Below, piece after piece: positions 8,123 to 18,872 of a DNA stretch of 64,000 bases; the first letter of the stretch is position 1, and every line of letters starts with the position of its first letter. Made by a program: the position numbers and the translations under genes. Location of the stretch: the NCBI GenBank assembly GCA_021795435.1, contig JAJYPJ010000002.1, positions 33,595-97,594 of the forward strand, read 5' to 3'. The stretch is from Pseudomonadota bacterium. GTDB taxonomy: Bacteria > Pseudomonadota > Gammaproteobacteria > Xanthomonadales > Rhodanobacteraceae. Below the pieces are notes generated by a model that worked only from the letters and a program-made list of their open reading frames with translations, had not been told where the DNA came from and ran no database searches.

Positions 8123-9474
8123 GTGCCAACCCAAGGGTCGTCGCAGCGCGGGCATTGAGCGATATCGCCGTGCATGGCCAGTCGCTACGCCAAGTGCTCG
8201 CCGCCGACTTGCCGGTTCTTGAACACGGCCGTGACCGCGCCTTCGTCAGCGCCATCGTCTACGCAAGTACGCGCAGCTGGCTGCGATGGAATGCGGCGCT
8301 GCAGTTGCTACTGGTCAAGCCGCTCCCGCGAAAGCTGGCATGGGTACAAGCGTTGCTGGTGTCGGCGTTGGCGCAACTTGAAGACATGGACATCGCCCCG
8401 CATGCAGTCGTTTCCGCAAGCGTTGACGCATGCGAAGCGTCCGGCCATGGTGCACAGCGCGGACTCGTCAACGCGATCCTTCGTCGGTGGTTGCGCGAGC
8501 GCAACGCATTACTGAAACGACTCGATGAAAACGTGGAGGCGCGGTTCCGCCTTCCCGGCTGGCTGTTGCAGGCGCTGCGTCGAGACTGGCCCGGCGAAGT
8601 CGACGCGATCATCGCCGCCAGCAATCGCGAAGCATCCCCCATGTTGCGCGTGAATCTCGCCCGTATGGACCGGGCCCAATACCTCCTGGCCTTGGATGCT
8701 GCCGGCATTCGTGCACAACTCCACAGCTGGATCCCCACCGCAATCGTGTTGGAGCATTCGCTGGACGTGGCGCGGTTACCGGGGTGGGCCGACGGCTTAT
8801 GTTCAATGCAGGACGGGGCTGCCCAGCTTGCTGCGATGTTGCTCGACGCGCCACCGAACTCACGCGTGCTTGATGCCTGTGCGGCACCGGGGGGTAAAGC
8901 TTGCCATATCCTGGAACGCGGACCGGTCGCGCTGACCGCTCTGGACCGTGACCTCCAACGCACACAACGCGTACGCGAAAACCTCGATCGTCTCCGCTTG
9001 ACCTGCGACCTGCGCACCGCCGATGCATTGCAACCCGATGCCTGGTGGGACGGGCAGATGTACGACCGGATCCTGCTTGATGCGCCGTGCAGCGCCAGCG
9101 GCGTACTGCGCCGTCAGCCCGATGTGCGGCTGCATCGTCGCGCCAGCGACATACCCGAACTGGCCGCCCAACAACGGCGCCTCCTTCCGACCTTGTGGCC
9201 CATGCTGGCGCCCGGCGGCATACTGCTCTACGCGACCTGTTCGCTTCTCCGGGCTGAGAACGCCCAGCAGATCGACGGATTTCTGCAAGAGGGGACGGAT
9301 GCCGAAGCAATCCCCATCAAGCTGCCAGCGGGGCGTGCGGATGGCGCTGGCTGGCAGATCTTGCCCGGCGAGGATGGTATTGACGGCATGTTCTTTGCGC
9401 TTCTGCGCAAGCAACCCGGTGATCAGGTCCGTGGCGCACGGCACATCGACGAGGCGCCGGGAACGCTAAACTGA
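8119..9474 (+). CDS. rsmB: 16S rRNA (cytosine967-C5)-methyltransferase RsmB
   Basis: NusB-like N-terminus, [27 protein letters not shown]; def-fmt-rsmB synteny; GTG start overlapping fmt stop. Confidence 0.95.
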   Translation: MSANPRVVAARALSDIAVHGQSLRQVLAADLPVLEHGRDRAFVSAIVYASTRSWLRWNAALQLLLVKPLPRKLAWVQALLVSALAQLEDMDIAPHAVVSASVDACEASGHGAQRGLVNAILRRWLRERNALLKRLDENVEARFRLPGWLLQALRRDWPGEVDAIIAASNREASPMLRVNLARMDRAQYLLALDAAGIRAQLHSWIPTAIVLEHSLDVARLPGWADGLCSMQDGAAQLAAMLLDAPPNSRVLDACAAPGGKACHILERGPVALTALDRDLQRTQRVRENLDRLRLTCDLRTADALQPDAWWDGQMYDRILLDAPCSASGVLRRQPDVRLHRRASDIPELAAQQRRLLPTLWPMLAPGGILLYATCSLLRAENAQQIDGFLQEGTDAEAIPIKLPAGRADGAGWQILPGEDGIDGMFFALLRKQPGDQVRGARHIDEAPGTLN

Positions 9475-9495
9475 TTCGGAACTTCTCCCTGGAGT

Positions 9496-10170
9496 ATGCC
9501 CATGTCTCGCCCGTCCTCCGCTCGCTGCCGGCCTCTGGGCGCACTGCTCTTGGCGGCTGGCATGGCGATCGGCATTCAGGCAATGGCCGCATCGCCCAAT
9601 GCGCCGGTTCAGTACCGGTGGCGGGACGCGCAAGGCAACCTCCACTTCAGCGACACCCTAAGCGCCACGGCCATCGCGCGTGGCTACGACGTGGTCAATG
9701 CCCAGGGCGTGGTCGTACAGCACGTCTTGAGCCCGGCGCAGCAGCGCGCTGAAGCCGCCAGCGAGGCGGTCCAGGCCCAGGCCGAAGCCCAGCGCGCGCG
9801 CCAGCAAGCAGCCGATTCCCAGCTCTTGGCCGCTTATCCGCGGCAGATGGATCTGCGCCGCAGTCTGGAGGCGGCCGCTTCGAATATCGAGCAGTCGGTT
9901 CGTGCGACGCGAATCAATCTGAAGAGCCAGGAGAGCAGCCTCGCCGATCTGCTCCAGCGCGCCGCCGACATCGAGCACGACCACAAGCCGCTTCCGCCCT
10001 ATCTTCAAGGCGACATTCATAAACAGCGCGTCGTCGTGGAGCAACTACGGCAACTGCTCAAACGCCAGCAGCAGCAGCATGATGCGGCACTGGCATCCAT
10101 CCCTGCGCAATTGGCGCATTACCGCAAGATCAAGGCCGAGCAGGCCCAAGCCAACGATCAGGCACCCTGA
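9496..10170 (+). CDS. DUF4124-like secreted protein with coiled coil
   Basis: signal peptide, YRWRDAQGNLHFSD motif, Q/A-rich coiled coil. Confidence 0.75.
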   Translation: MPMSRPSSARCRPLGALLLAAGMAIGIQAMAASPNAPVQYRWRDAQGNLHFSDTLSATAIARGYDVVNAQGVVVQHVLSPAQQRAEAASEAVQAQAEAQRARQQAADSQLLAAYPRQMDLRRSLEAAASNIEQSVRATRINLKSQESSLADLLQRAADIEHDHKPLPPYLQGDIHKQRVVVEQLRQLLKRQQQQHDAALASIPAQLAHYRKIKAEQAQANDQAP

Positions 10171-10309
10171 AGGCGCCTTGCGCAGCGAGACGGCGGCGCC
10201 ATCTCGTCCCTCGGCGCTTTCACCGAGAATCAGGAATGACGGCGACGGGCACGGTTACGGCAGGCAAGGCGTACCCGCCAGATGGTCGCCGGGAGCACGC
10301 CCAAGCTAT

Positions 10310-12670
10310 TCAGAACGGCAATTTGAGGTCAGCCTGGACCGCCAGCAGCTGCACACGGAATTCTTGCTGGATTCTCGCCAGCGCCTCGCTGGTGTCGGCA
10401 GCAAAACGCAAGACGAGCACCGGCGTAGTATTTGACGCGCGCACCAGTCCGAAGCCATCCGGCCAATCCACACGCACGCCATCCAGCAGCGTGACGCGAC
10501 CCGTGTCGAACCTCGCCTGGGCGCGGAACCGTTCGATGAAGGCGTAGTGCTCGCCCTCCGCGAGCTGGATCTTCAGCTCCGGCGTGCTGACGTCCTTCGG
10601 CAAGGCCTCCAGGATGGCCCCTGGCGCGCCACGTCCCGGGTCGGCCGCCAGGATTTCCAGCAATCGACATGCGGCATACATGCCATCGTCGAAGCCGTAC
10701 CAGCGCTCACGAAAGAAAAAATGGCCACTCATCTCGCCGGCCAATGCCGCTTCCGTTTCGCGCATCTTCGCCTTGATCAGGGAATGCCCCGTCCGCCACA
10801 TGAGGGGGACGCCGCCATGCCGCAGGATAGCCGGCGCGAGATGACCCGTGCACTTGACGTCATAGATCACCGTGGCCCCGGGATCGCGAGTCAACACATC
10901 CTGCGCGAACAGCATCAGCAGTCGATCCGGGAATATGTTTTCCCCGCTCGGCGTGACCACGCCGAGGCGATCACCATCGCCGTCAAAGGCCAAACCCAGA
11001 TCCGCACCCATGCGCTTGACTGACAGAATCAGGTCCTCGAGGTTGTGCGGATCGGACGGATCTGGATGGTGGTTGGGGAACGTCCCATCCACCTCGCAGT
11101 ACAGCGGAATGACTTCAGCACCCACGGCTTGGAGAAGCTGCGGCGCATAAGCGCCCGGAATGCCGTTTCCACAATCGACCACGACCTTCAGTGGGCGTTC
11201 CAACTGCAGGTCACCCGCAATCCGGTCGATGTAATCATGGGTGATGTCCTGCTGACGCAGGCTGCCTCCCGGTTCGCGATTCAGCCGCCCCTCGCTGATG
11301 CGCGCATAGAGGTCTTGTATGGCGTCCTCGCTCAGGGTTTCGCCACCGACCACGATCTTGAATCCGTTGTATTCCGGCGGGTTGTGGCTGCCGGTCACGG
11401 CCACGCCACACCCTGTCTTGAGCAGGTAACTGGCGAAGTAGACCATTGGCGTCGGCACGGCGCCGAGGTCAACGACGGCGCGACCGGCATCGCGGAGGCC
11501 CTCTCCGAGTGCAGCGACCAGGGCTTCGCCCGTTGTACGCCCATCTCGCCCGATCACGATCTCGGCAAGATTCTTTTCCGCCATGAGATTGCCTATGGCC
11601 TGACCCAGGAGTCGCGCAATCTCGGCGGTGATCTGGGACCCGACCACGCCACGTATGTCGTAGGCGCGGAAAATGCTGCGGTCGAGCGCCACCGGCACGG
11701 AGGGTTGAGGCGTAGCGGCAACTCGGCTGCTGACGACAGTTGCAACGACACCTTGGTCGCCCGGAGATGGAGTCTGGTCGCGCATGACGTCACTCAATGT
11801 TGGTGCCTCCTCGGTGATGACCTCCTTGGCCTGGGCGCGCCAGCGCTGCCAGAGAAGCAGCACCCCCACGCCCAGGCCAAGCAAGGTCCAAAAGATGGTC
11901 GTGGCCAGCGATTCGCCCAGGATCACGAACCGATCCGGAGGCAGCGCACGAACGATCAACGCACTGCCTTGAACCGGCAGGCCATCGTCCTGCGCGCCGG
12001 GCTGCCCGGCGCCACCGCGCGCAAGCAGCACCAGACCCTGTTGGTACAGCTCCAGCCGACCGCCGTGATGGATAGGCTGCGCGTCAAACTGCGCAGCGAT
12101 GGGTGCGAATGGATATTCGATCCACGCGTAGCCGAGCAGACGAGCACCCTGGAGCACGGGCGTCGCCAGGCCAATGACGCGCGCCGCGCCATGCCCCCGC
12201 ACCTGCAGTGACACCATCCGTTCCTCACTCTGGGCGCGGAGCAGCTCTGCCGCCTTGGCGTAGCCAAACCTCGCGTAGTCCGCGCGCACGACATCCCCAA
12301 GGTCGGGGCCGAACAGTTCAACGCGATGCGCCTGAGGCAGCAGGGCTGCCAGCCGTGCCTGGGCAGCCGCCGTATCGCCAGCCGCCATCGCGGTATCGAG
12401 CTGCGCATCGCGCAGCGCAGTCGCGGCCTGCACGCGCAGCCGTTCAATGACCCCGCCCAGCGACTGGGCCACCGAAAGCCTGGTGGGCGTCAACGCCGCC
12501 ACCGCACGTCGAACTTCCCACAATTGCCAGCTTTGCCAGGCGGCGAATAGGCCGAACGTGAGCGCTACCGTGGCGCCGGCCAACGGCAAAACCCTTCGCA
12601 GGTCCGGAATACGGAGCACCGCGTGCCACCGTGCGCGCGCCGTACCGGGTGAATGCCGCGGCAATTTCAT
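10310..12670 (-). CDS. algC: phosphomannomutase/phosphoglucomutase with N-terminal membrane-anchored extension
   Basis: IFRAYDIRG, TGSHNP phosphoserine loop, FDGDGDR metal loop, GEMSGH, RASNT; ~330 aa N-terminal extension with two hydrophobic segments; start uncertain (12670 or GTG 12697). Confidence 0.9.
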   Translation of the reverse strand: MKLPRHSPGTARARWHAVLRIPDLRRVLPLAGATVALTFGLFAAWQSWQLWEVRRAVAALTPTRLSVAQSLGGVIERLRVQAATALRDAQLDTAMAAGDTAAAQARLAALLPQAHRVELFGPDLGDVVRADYARFGYAKAAELLRAQSEERMVSLQVRGHGAARVIGLATPVLQGARLLGYAWIEYPFAPIAAQFDAQPIHHGGRLELYQQGLVLLARGGAGQPGAQDDGLPVQGSALIVRALPPDRFVILGESLATTIFWTLLGLGVGVLLLWQRWRAQAKEVITEEAPTLSDVMRDQTPSPGDQGVVATVVSSRVAATPQPSVPVALDRSIFRAYDIRGVVGSQITAEIARLLGQAIGNLMAEKNLAEIVIGRDGRTTGEALVAALGEGLRDAGRAVVDLGAVPTPMVYFASYLLKTGCGVAVTGSHNPPEYNGFKIVVGGETLSEDAIQDLYARISEGRLNREPGGSLRQQDITHDYIDRIAGDLQLERPLKVVVDCGNGIPGAYAPQLLQAVGAEVIPLYCEVDGTFPNHHPDPSDPHNLEDLILSVKRMGADLGLAFDGDGDRLGVVTPSGENIFPDRLLMLFAQDVLTRDPGATVIYDVKCTGHLAPAILRHGGVPLMWRTGHSLIKAKMRETEAALAGEMSGHFFFRERWYGFDDGMYAACRLLEILAADPGRGAPGAILEALPKDVSTPELKIQLAEGEHYAFIERFRAQARFDTGRVTLLDGVRVDWPDGFGLVRASNTTPVLVLRFAADTSEALARIQQEFRVQLLAVQADLKLPF

Positions 12671-12686
12671 GCGCACTGTCCTCGCG

Positions 12687-13142
12687 CTAGCCCACACCTG
12701 TTGAGCCGAATCCGCCCGTCCCGCGCATGCTGGCCTCGAATGCGTCGACCGCGATCAGTCGGGCACGTCCCACAGGCATCAGCAAAAGCTGCGCGATGCG
12801 ATCCCCCGGCGCAATGGTAAACGGCGCCATTCCCCGGTTCCAGCACGAAATCATCAAAGGTCCCTGGTAATCGGCGTCAATCAATCCGACTAGATTGCCC
12901 AGAACCAGACCGTGGCGGTGGCCCAATCCGGACCGGGGCAACACCAAGGCACACCAACCCGAGTCGCCGATGTGAAGTGCCAGGCCAGTGGGAACCAGCA
13001 CGCTCTCGCCAGGCGCCAATGTCAGTTCCGCTTCCGGCGCCGCGCGCAGGTCCATCGCCGCACTGCCCGGAGTCGCATAACTGGGCAGCGGTATCGAATC
13101 ACCCAGTCGCGCATCCAGAACGCGATATTGCACGTCGATCAT
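12687..13142 (-). CDS. dut: dUTP diphosphatase
   Basis: [34 protein letters not shown]. Confidence 0.98.
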   Translation of the reverse strand: MIDVQYRVLDARLGDSIPLPSYATPGSAAMDLRAAPEAELTLAPGESVLVPTGLALHIGDSGWCALVLPRSGLGHRHGLVLGNLVGLIDADYQGPLMISCWNRGMAPFTIAPGDRIAQLLLMPVGRARLIAVDAFEASMRGTGGFGSTGVG

Positions 13143-14350
13143 GTTCCCCGCCCCCCTTTCGCCGCCAATTGCCCTGCGACAATCCGCAGGAGCGACACGG
13201 CAAGGTCGGTTTTGGGCGCACGGGGCAGTACGGTACTGCCACCTCGCCAGAATACGCTGAACGCATTGTCCTGCGTCTCGATGCCAAGTCCTTCGCCCAC
13301 GAGGTTGGCTGCGATCAAATCGAGACCCTTCGCTTGGAGCTTCAACTGCGCATTGTCCTCAAGCGCTTCCGTCTCCGCGGCAAAGCCCGCCAGATAGGGC
13401 CTCGGCGACAAGGCTGCGAGATCCAGAAGAATGTCGGGATTTCTCACCAGAGTCACTGTAAACCGATCATCCTGCTTCTTGATTTTTCGAGTCTGCCGCT
13501 GTTCCGGGCGGTAGTCGGCTACCGCCGCCGCGCCAATCACCACATCCATGCCGGGCGCATGCTCGAGCATCGCGGCATGCATCTGCCGCGCACTGCGGAC
13601 ATCGATGCGATCGACGCCGGCCGGCGTCGCCAATGCCACAGGGCCGGCGACCAAGGTGACCTCGGCGCCCATGCCCGCCGCGGCTTCAGCCAGGGCGAAT
13701 CCCATGCGCCCGGAACTGCGGTTGCCAAGGAATCGAACGGGATCCAGATCCTCATGCGTCGGCCCGGCGCTCACCAGCACGCGACGCCCTGCGAGCATCT
13801 GCGGCGCCTCGAATATCGACAGCGCAGCGATGATCGCTTCAGGCTCCAACATTCGGCCCTCGCCGACCTCACCACAAGCCTGCTCTCCACTGGCTGGGCC
13901 GAGAACGTGCGCACCTCGCGCGCGCAAGAGTTCCACGTTGGCTTGGGTCGCCGGATGGGCCCACATCAGCCGATTCATCGCTGGGGCCAGCCACAGCGGG
14001 CGATCGCTTGCGGCGAGGCTCAAGGTCGTCAGCAAATCATCCGCAAACCCATGGGCCAAGCGGGCCAGCACGTTGGCGCTTGCAGGCGCGACCAGAATGG
14101 CGTCGGCCCACCGTGCCAGCTCGATATGACTCATCGCCGCCTCGGCACTGGCGTCCCACAAGCTTGTCCGCACGGGTTGTCCCGAGAGCGCCTGCAGGGT
14201 GGCGGCTCCCAGGAAATGCTCAGCCCCGGCAGTCATCACGACACGCACGTCCACATCCCGCTCTTTCAGCCGCCGGACGAGCTCACACGCCTTGTAGGCG
14301 GCGATGCCCCCGCCGATACCGAGAACAAGACGGCGCGGCAAGCCGCTCAC
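13139..14350 (-). CDS. coaBC: bifunctional phosphopantothenoylcysteine decarboxylase/synthase
   Basis: [53 protein letters not shown]. Confidence 0.97.
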   Translation of the reverse strand: MSGLPRRLVLGIGGGIAAYKACELVRRLKERDVDVRVVMTAGAEHFLGAATLQALSGQPVRTSLWDASAEAAMSHIELARWADAILVAPASANVLARLAHGFADDLLTTLSLAASDRPLWLAPAMNRLMWAHPATQANVELLRARGAHVLGPASGEQACGEVGEGRMLEPEAIIAALSIFEAPQMLAGRRVLVSAGPTHEDLDPVRFLGNRSSGRMGFALAEAAAGMGAEVTLVAGPVALATPAGVDRIDVRSARQMHAAMLEHAPGMDVVIGAAAVADYRPEQRQTRKIKKQDDRFTVTLVRNPDILLDLAALSPRPYLAGFAAETEALEDNAQLKLQAKGLDLIAANLVGEGLGIETQDNAFSVFWRGGSTVLPRAPKTDLAVSLLRIVAGQLAAKGGRGT

Positions 14351-14972
14351 GCAGCCTCCAGATCGGGGCCGAGGTGCACGTTATGATCGTGAGCCATCAT
14401 TGCCGCCTTCCGCATCAGGACATGGGCCAAGCTTACCGGATGCGGCACCGACCCCCACCGCCAGCAGATCCTGGTCAGGACGCTTGCGCGAACGCACGGA
14501 TAGGTGCCGATCGGCCCAAGCCTGGCCAGACGACGAGAGTGCCTGTCACGGCTGCGCCCTGTCGCCCGGTCAGGCGGGCGCAGCGACCAGGCACGAAGCT
14601 GACCGATTGAGTCAAGGCTGCGGGACCCTCCGGGAGACGTCCGGCCACTGGCTCGGCGGATCGGCTCGATGACCTTGCGCCGCAGGCGTCCGGACGAACC
14701 TGGCCGAAGCGGGCGATCGCCGCATGCCATGGCCTCGCCTCGACAAAGCGGTACCCCCCAAAAAAAATTGGCGCGGGCCATCACGCCGCGCCAGGAGCGT
14801 CCTGCACCCAATGTCGATTGCCCCATGCTGCACAGTGGAGAAGTCTGTGCAACGCCTGGACTTTATCCCGGCCCCATGACAAGCCAATGACGGATGCGAA
14901 GGAAGTTGTTCACACGCCGCCAAATTGGCCAATTGCCGGCATATGCCAAAGCAATTTCACTGATTGGCTTCG

Positions 14973-14985
14973 TATATGATTGATT
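14973..14985 (-). promoter_or_regulatory. IHF-like site in AT-rich stretch
   Basis: minus strand AATCAATCATATA vs WATCAAN4TTR, one mismatch. Confidence 0.3.
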
Positions 14986-15069
14986 ATGCAGGATGTTTTT
15001 TTGCGAATGCCTGCTCAGCGACTTCCCGAAGTACCCCTCACGAAGGGCCATTCCGGAACACCCACAGAC

Positions 15070-15078
15070 TTATCCACA
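15070..15078 (+). promoter_or_regulatory. consensus DnaA box
   Basis: perfect TTATCCACA, preceded by a degenerate tandem copy (ACACCCACAG). Confidence 0.6.
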
Positions 15079-15158
15079 GATCGACCGGAGCGCCCGTCGG
15101 CCGGCAAGCTGGCGCAAACTGCTAGCATTCGGCGTTTGTCCCTGCCACCCAGATCGAC

Positions 15159-16844
15159 GTGAAACTCTTGCTACGCACTCTGCTGGATCAAGCCCTCGCC
15201 ACGCTGGTGCGCGAGGGTCGTGTACCCGCCATGACCGCGGTGGATTACGCATTGGAGCGCAGCAAGACGCGCGCCCATGGTGATTTCGCGTCCAATCTCG
15301 CCCTGCTGCTCGCCAAGCCGGCGAGGGCCAACCCGCGTGAGCTCGCCGAGGCTCTGGTGGCTGCGTTGCCACGCCATGGCTTGCTGGCACGCGCCGAGGT
15401 CGCCGGGCCGGGGTTCATCAACCTGTTTTTGGCACCTGCCGCTTGGCACGCCGAACTGCGTCGCGTGCTGGCTGAAGGCCGAAAGTACGGAACCAATCAG
15501 GAAGGGCAGGGGCGTCATGTAGGCGTCGAGTTCGTCTCGGCCAATCCCACCGGACCACTCCACGTCGGACACGGCCGCGCCGCGGCACTTGGCGACGGAA
15601 TCGCGCGGATTCTCGAGGCAGGCGGCTGGTCTGTAACGCGCGAGTTTTATTACAACGATGCCGGCGCGCAGATCGATAATCTGGCGCGGTCGGTGCAGGC
15701 GCGTGCGCTCGGCCAGGGACCGGAAGATCCAGCATGGCCTGCCGATGGCTATCGCGGCGACTACATCGTTGAAGTCGCGCAGGCCTTCATGGCTGGCGCC
15801 TCCGTCGAAATCGACGGCCACGCGGTCGTCGCGTCGCGCAACCCCGATGACCTCGAATCCGTGCGCAAATTCGCGGTTGCTTGGCTACGCCGCGAGCAGA
15901 ACAGCGATTTACAAGCATTTGGCGTGCGATTCGATGTTTACTTTCTAGAGTCCTCCCTCTATTCGGAAGGCAAGGTCGAGGAGACCGTGCGACAGCTGGT
16001 TGCCCATGGGCACACGTACGAAGAGGGAGGCGCACTTTGGCTGCGGTCGACGGATTTCGGTGACGACAAAGACCGCGTGATGCGGAAGTCGGACGGCAGC
16101 TATACCTACTTCGTGCCGGACGTCGCGTACCACCTGAGCAAGTGGCAGCGGGGTTATGAGCGTGCCATCACCGAACTGGGAGCCGACCATCATGGCTCGC
16201 TGGCCCGCGTAAAAGCTGGGCTGCAAGCGCTCGAAGCCGGTATACCGGTCGACTATCCTGAGTACGTTTTGCACCAGATGGTCACTGTGATGCGAGGCGG
16301 CGAGGAGGTAAAGCTGTCGAAGCGCGCGGGTAGCTATGTCACCCTGCGCGATCTCATTGAGGAAGTCGGCCGAGATGCGACGCGCTGGTTCCTGGCCGCC
16401 CGAAAGGCCGACTCCCAGCTCACGTTCGATATCGACCTGGCGCGCGCACAGAACAACGACAACCCGGTTTACTACGTTCAGTATGCGCACGCACGCATCG
16501 CCAGTGTGATGCGCCAGGCAAGCGAGCGCGGGCTGACGCACGATCCTGACCAGGGAGACGCGGCACTCGCGTTGCTGGCGAGCGCCCAGGCCCAGGCACT
16601 GATGTGGGAGATTTCGCGATACCCGGAAGTCGTGCAGGCCGCCGTGCAGTCACTCGAGCCTCACCAGATTGCGCAGTATCTTGGCGAGATCGCCTATGCA
16701 TTCCACACTTGGTACAACAGCGAACCTTTCCTCGTCGAGGAGGCTGCATTGCGTAATGCGCGGCTGTTGCTGGCGCGCGCGGCACAGCAGGTGCTACGCA
16801 ATGGGCTTGAATTGCTGGGCGTCAGCGCCCCGGAGCAGATGTGA
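15159..16844 (+). CDS. argS: arginine--tRNA ligase
   Basis: [32 protein letters not shown] (HIGH), [24 protein letters not shown]. Confidence 0.98.
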   Translation: MKLLLRTLLDQALATLVREGRVPAMTAVDYALERSKTRAHGDFASNLALLLAKPARANPRELAEALVAALPRHGLLARAEVAGPGFINLFLAPAAWHAELRRVLAEGRKYGTNQEGQGRHVGVEFVSANPTGPLHVGHGRAAALGDGIARILEAGGWSVTREFYYNDAGAQIDNLARSVQARALGQGPEDPAWPADGYRGDYIVEVAQAFMAGASVEIDGHAVVASRNPDDLESVRKFAVAWLRREQNSDLQAFGVRFDVYFLESSLYSEGKVEETVRQLVAHGHTYEEGGALWLRSTDFGDDKDRVMRKSDGSYTYFVPDVAYHLSKWQRGYERAITELGADHHGSLARVKAGLQALEAGIPVDYPEYVLHQMVTVMRGGEEVKLSKRAGSYVTLRDLIEEVGRDATRWFLAARKADSQLTFDIDLARAQNNDNPVYYVQYAHARIASVMRQASERGLTHDPDQGDAALALLASAQAQALMWEISRYPEVVQAAVQSLEPHQIAQYLGEIAYAFHTWYNSEPFLVEEAALRNARLLLARAAQQVLRNGLELLGVSAPEQM

Positions 16845-17500
16845 TGGCCGAGAAGCGCAAGAAGCCCGCCGTACGGCGCAATGGCATGCCAGCGTGGGCC
16901 TTGCTGTGCATTGGGTTCCTGGCTGGACTTGCCGCCATGGGCTACGTCGCACACCGGGGCTGGATCCCGAGCCTGCGTACCAATGCAGGCCCGGAAGCCA
17001 ATCCCAACGCAAGTGCTCCGGGGCCGGGTGAGCAGGGCATTGCTGATGCAAGTACGACGAAGAAGCCCAGCTTCGACTTCTACCAAGTGCTACCGGGCAA
17101 GGAGGTTGTCATTCCTGACGCCGAGCTTCGCGCCAAGGCGCAGGCAGAGCAGCAGCAGCCCGCTCCCGCATCCAGTACCCATACCGCGGGCGGCAGTCGA
17201 ACGGCACCCGCCGTCGCAAGCACCCGGGTCATCCCGGCGCAGGTGGGCCCTGCAACCGGCGGACAGGGCGGCTATCTGCTGCAGGTTGGCGCATGGCCCG
17301 AAGACGCCCACGCACAGGCTGCCAAGGCCAAGCTGGCTCTTCAGGGCTTTGTTGCGCATGTCCAAAAAGTGCAGATCGGCAATCAGACGTGGTACCGCGT
17401 TCGCCTCGGGCCTTACGCCACTGCCGCCGAACTCGAGAGCGTCAAGCGCCAGCTTGCTGGCGCCGGGATCAGCGCCATCGCTCTCAAGGAATCGAATTGA
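16844..17500 (+). CDS. SPOR domain cell-division protein (FtsN-like)
   Basis: N-terminal TM, FDFYQVLP motif, C-terminal YLLQVGA..WYRVRLGPY SPOR domain; coupled to argS. Confidence 0.88.
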   Translation: MAEKRKKPAVRRNGMPAWALLCIGFLAGLAAMGYVAHRGWIPSLRTNAGPEANPNASAPGPGEQGIADASTTKKPSFDFYQVLPGKEVVIPDAELRAKAQAEQQQPAPASSTHTAGGSRTAPAVASTRVIPAQVGPATGGQGGYLLQVGAWPEDAHAQAAKAKLALQGFVAHVQKVQIGNQTWYRVRLGPYATAAELESVKRQLAGAGISAIALKESN

Positions 17501-17757
17501 GCGGTCAGCGCCCGCATGCCAGCCCGCTTCCTGAATGCTGAATGCGGGCGCTAACGCGGGATCGGGATAGAGCGGGATAGGTAGCCCTCCTTTGCAGGGC
17601 TCCGCTGCGCGGATCGCCGGACGGGCAGCCAGGACTGGTCAGGGCACGGCGGTGCCGTCGACTCCCGTCGCACGGCATTGCCGCGATCCTGCCAGAAGCC
17701 ACGCGCCTCGTCGCTCAACCCTCGCGCCCGATCACCGAGACAGCGGGATGGCAGCCA

Positions 17758-18786
17758 TCAGCCTTTCCAGTTCGGCGGGGGCGTCGTCGGAACGCCTGTT
17801 TCGCGCAACAGAGCGATCTGGATGGAGTTCTCCGTCCCCCCCTCAAGCACCAGTTGCACGAGCTTCGCGGCCAACGCGGGATCGTGTCGCGACCGCAAGA
17901 CTTGCACGGCAAACTGGTGCGTCTGCCACGCCAGCGCGCGGCGCGCCGCCGCATAACCCTGGCGCGCAGCCTGATGCGTCGCCAGACGCTCCTGCAGCGC
18001 CAATCCAGCTGCACGCGCGATGATCGTGTCGCCCCATGCCATCAGATGGGCGACCTGCGTGCATTGCTGCCGCAGCGTGGCGTCTTGCCCGGGATCCTTG
18101 CATTCATCAAACACGGGTGCCAGCGCTGGCGTCGGCAGGTACATCACATTGCCTGCGGCCAGCAGGTACGTGGCGGCATAGGCGTTCCCCGGGGAACCCC
18201 CAAGTTCCTGCGCAAGTGCAGGCGGCATGGGCAGCGCGCGCGCAGTCTGCAACACGGATCGAAGCAGAATCCCGTAGTACGTGCTGAACTCGGTGCCTTT
18301 GGCGGCGCGAGCCAGGGCAATCCGTGCAGCCGCTCCGTCGCCGCGCTGTCGCGCGCGGTCGAACGCCAACAACCACACGGCCGCATTGTCCGGCGCAAGC
18401 CGCTGCAGCTTCCGCAGCGCCGCCGTGTTGATGCAATCTTCGGGTTCAGGTCCGACATTCCCGCAGTTACCCAAAGCCACCCACTGAACCGCTGCGCCAG
18501 CATCGGGGAGCGACTGCGCGCGGGCCAGAAAGGCCTTGTATGTGAGCACCGGAGGCAGATCGGAAACGGCTCGTGCCAACACCGCGGCGCCGGCTAGCCG
18601 ATCGGGCTCGCCCCGCAGTGCCGTGATGCTGAGGACATCATGCTCGAACTGCGCCAATACCGACCGCGACGCGGGGGGCGCACCCACGGAATGAGGCGCC
18701 GCGCCGGTTTCCGCGACGGCGGTGCCGGCCGCTAGCAAGGCGGCGAGGATGCCGAATGTCCATAACCGCCTCGGGATTCGATCCAT
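17758..18786 (-). CDS. secreted hypothetical protein (helical, Cys-containing)
   Basis: signal peptide MDRIPRRLWTFGILAALLAAGTAVA; APDNAAVWL TPR-like segment; four Cys; start set at ATG 18786 because the longer ORF overlaps the upstream gene. Confidence 0.7.
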   Translation of the reverse strand: MDRIPRRLWTFGILAALLAAGTAVAETGAAPHSVGAPPASRSVLAQFEHDVLSITALRGEPDRLAGAAVLARAVSDLPPVLTYKAFLARAQSLPDAGAAVQWVALGNCGNVGPEPEDCINTAALRKLQRLAPDNAAVWLLAFDRARQRGDGAAARIALARAAKGTEFSTYYGILLRSVLQTARALPMPPALAQELGGSPGNAYAATYLLAAGNVMYLPTPALAPVFDECKDPGQDATLRQQCTQVAHLMAWGDTIIARAAGLALQERLATHQAARQGYAAARRALAWQTHQFAVQVLRSRHDPALAAKLVQLVLEGGTENSIQIALLRETGVPTTPPPNWKG

Positions 18787-18872
18787 GGGAGTGCTCACCA
18801 AGTGAGGGACTGATGGCCCATTGTGCCGCTTCCGACTGAACGCCGCGTCGCCACCCCACAATGTCGCCTGGC

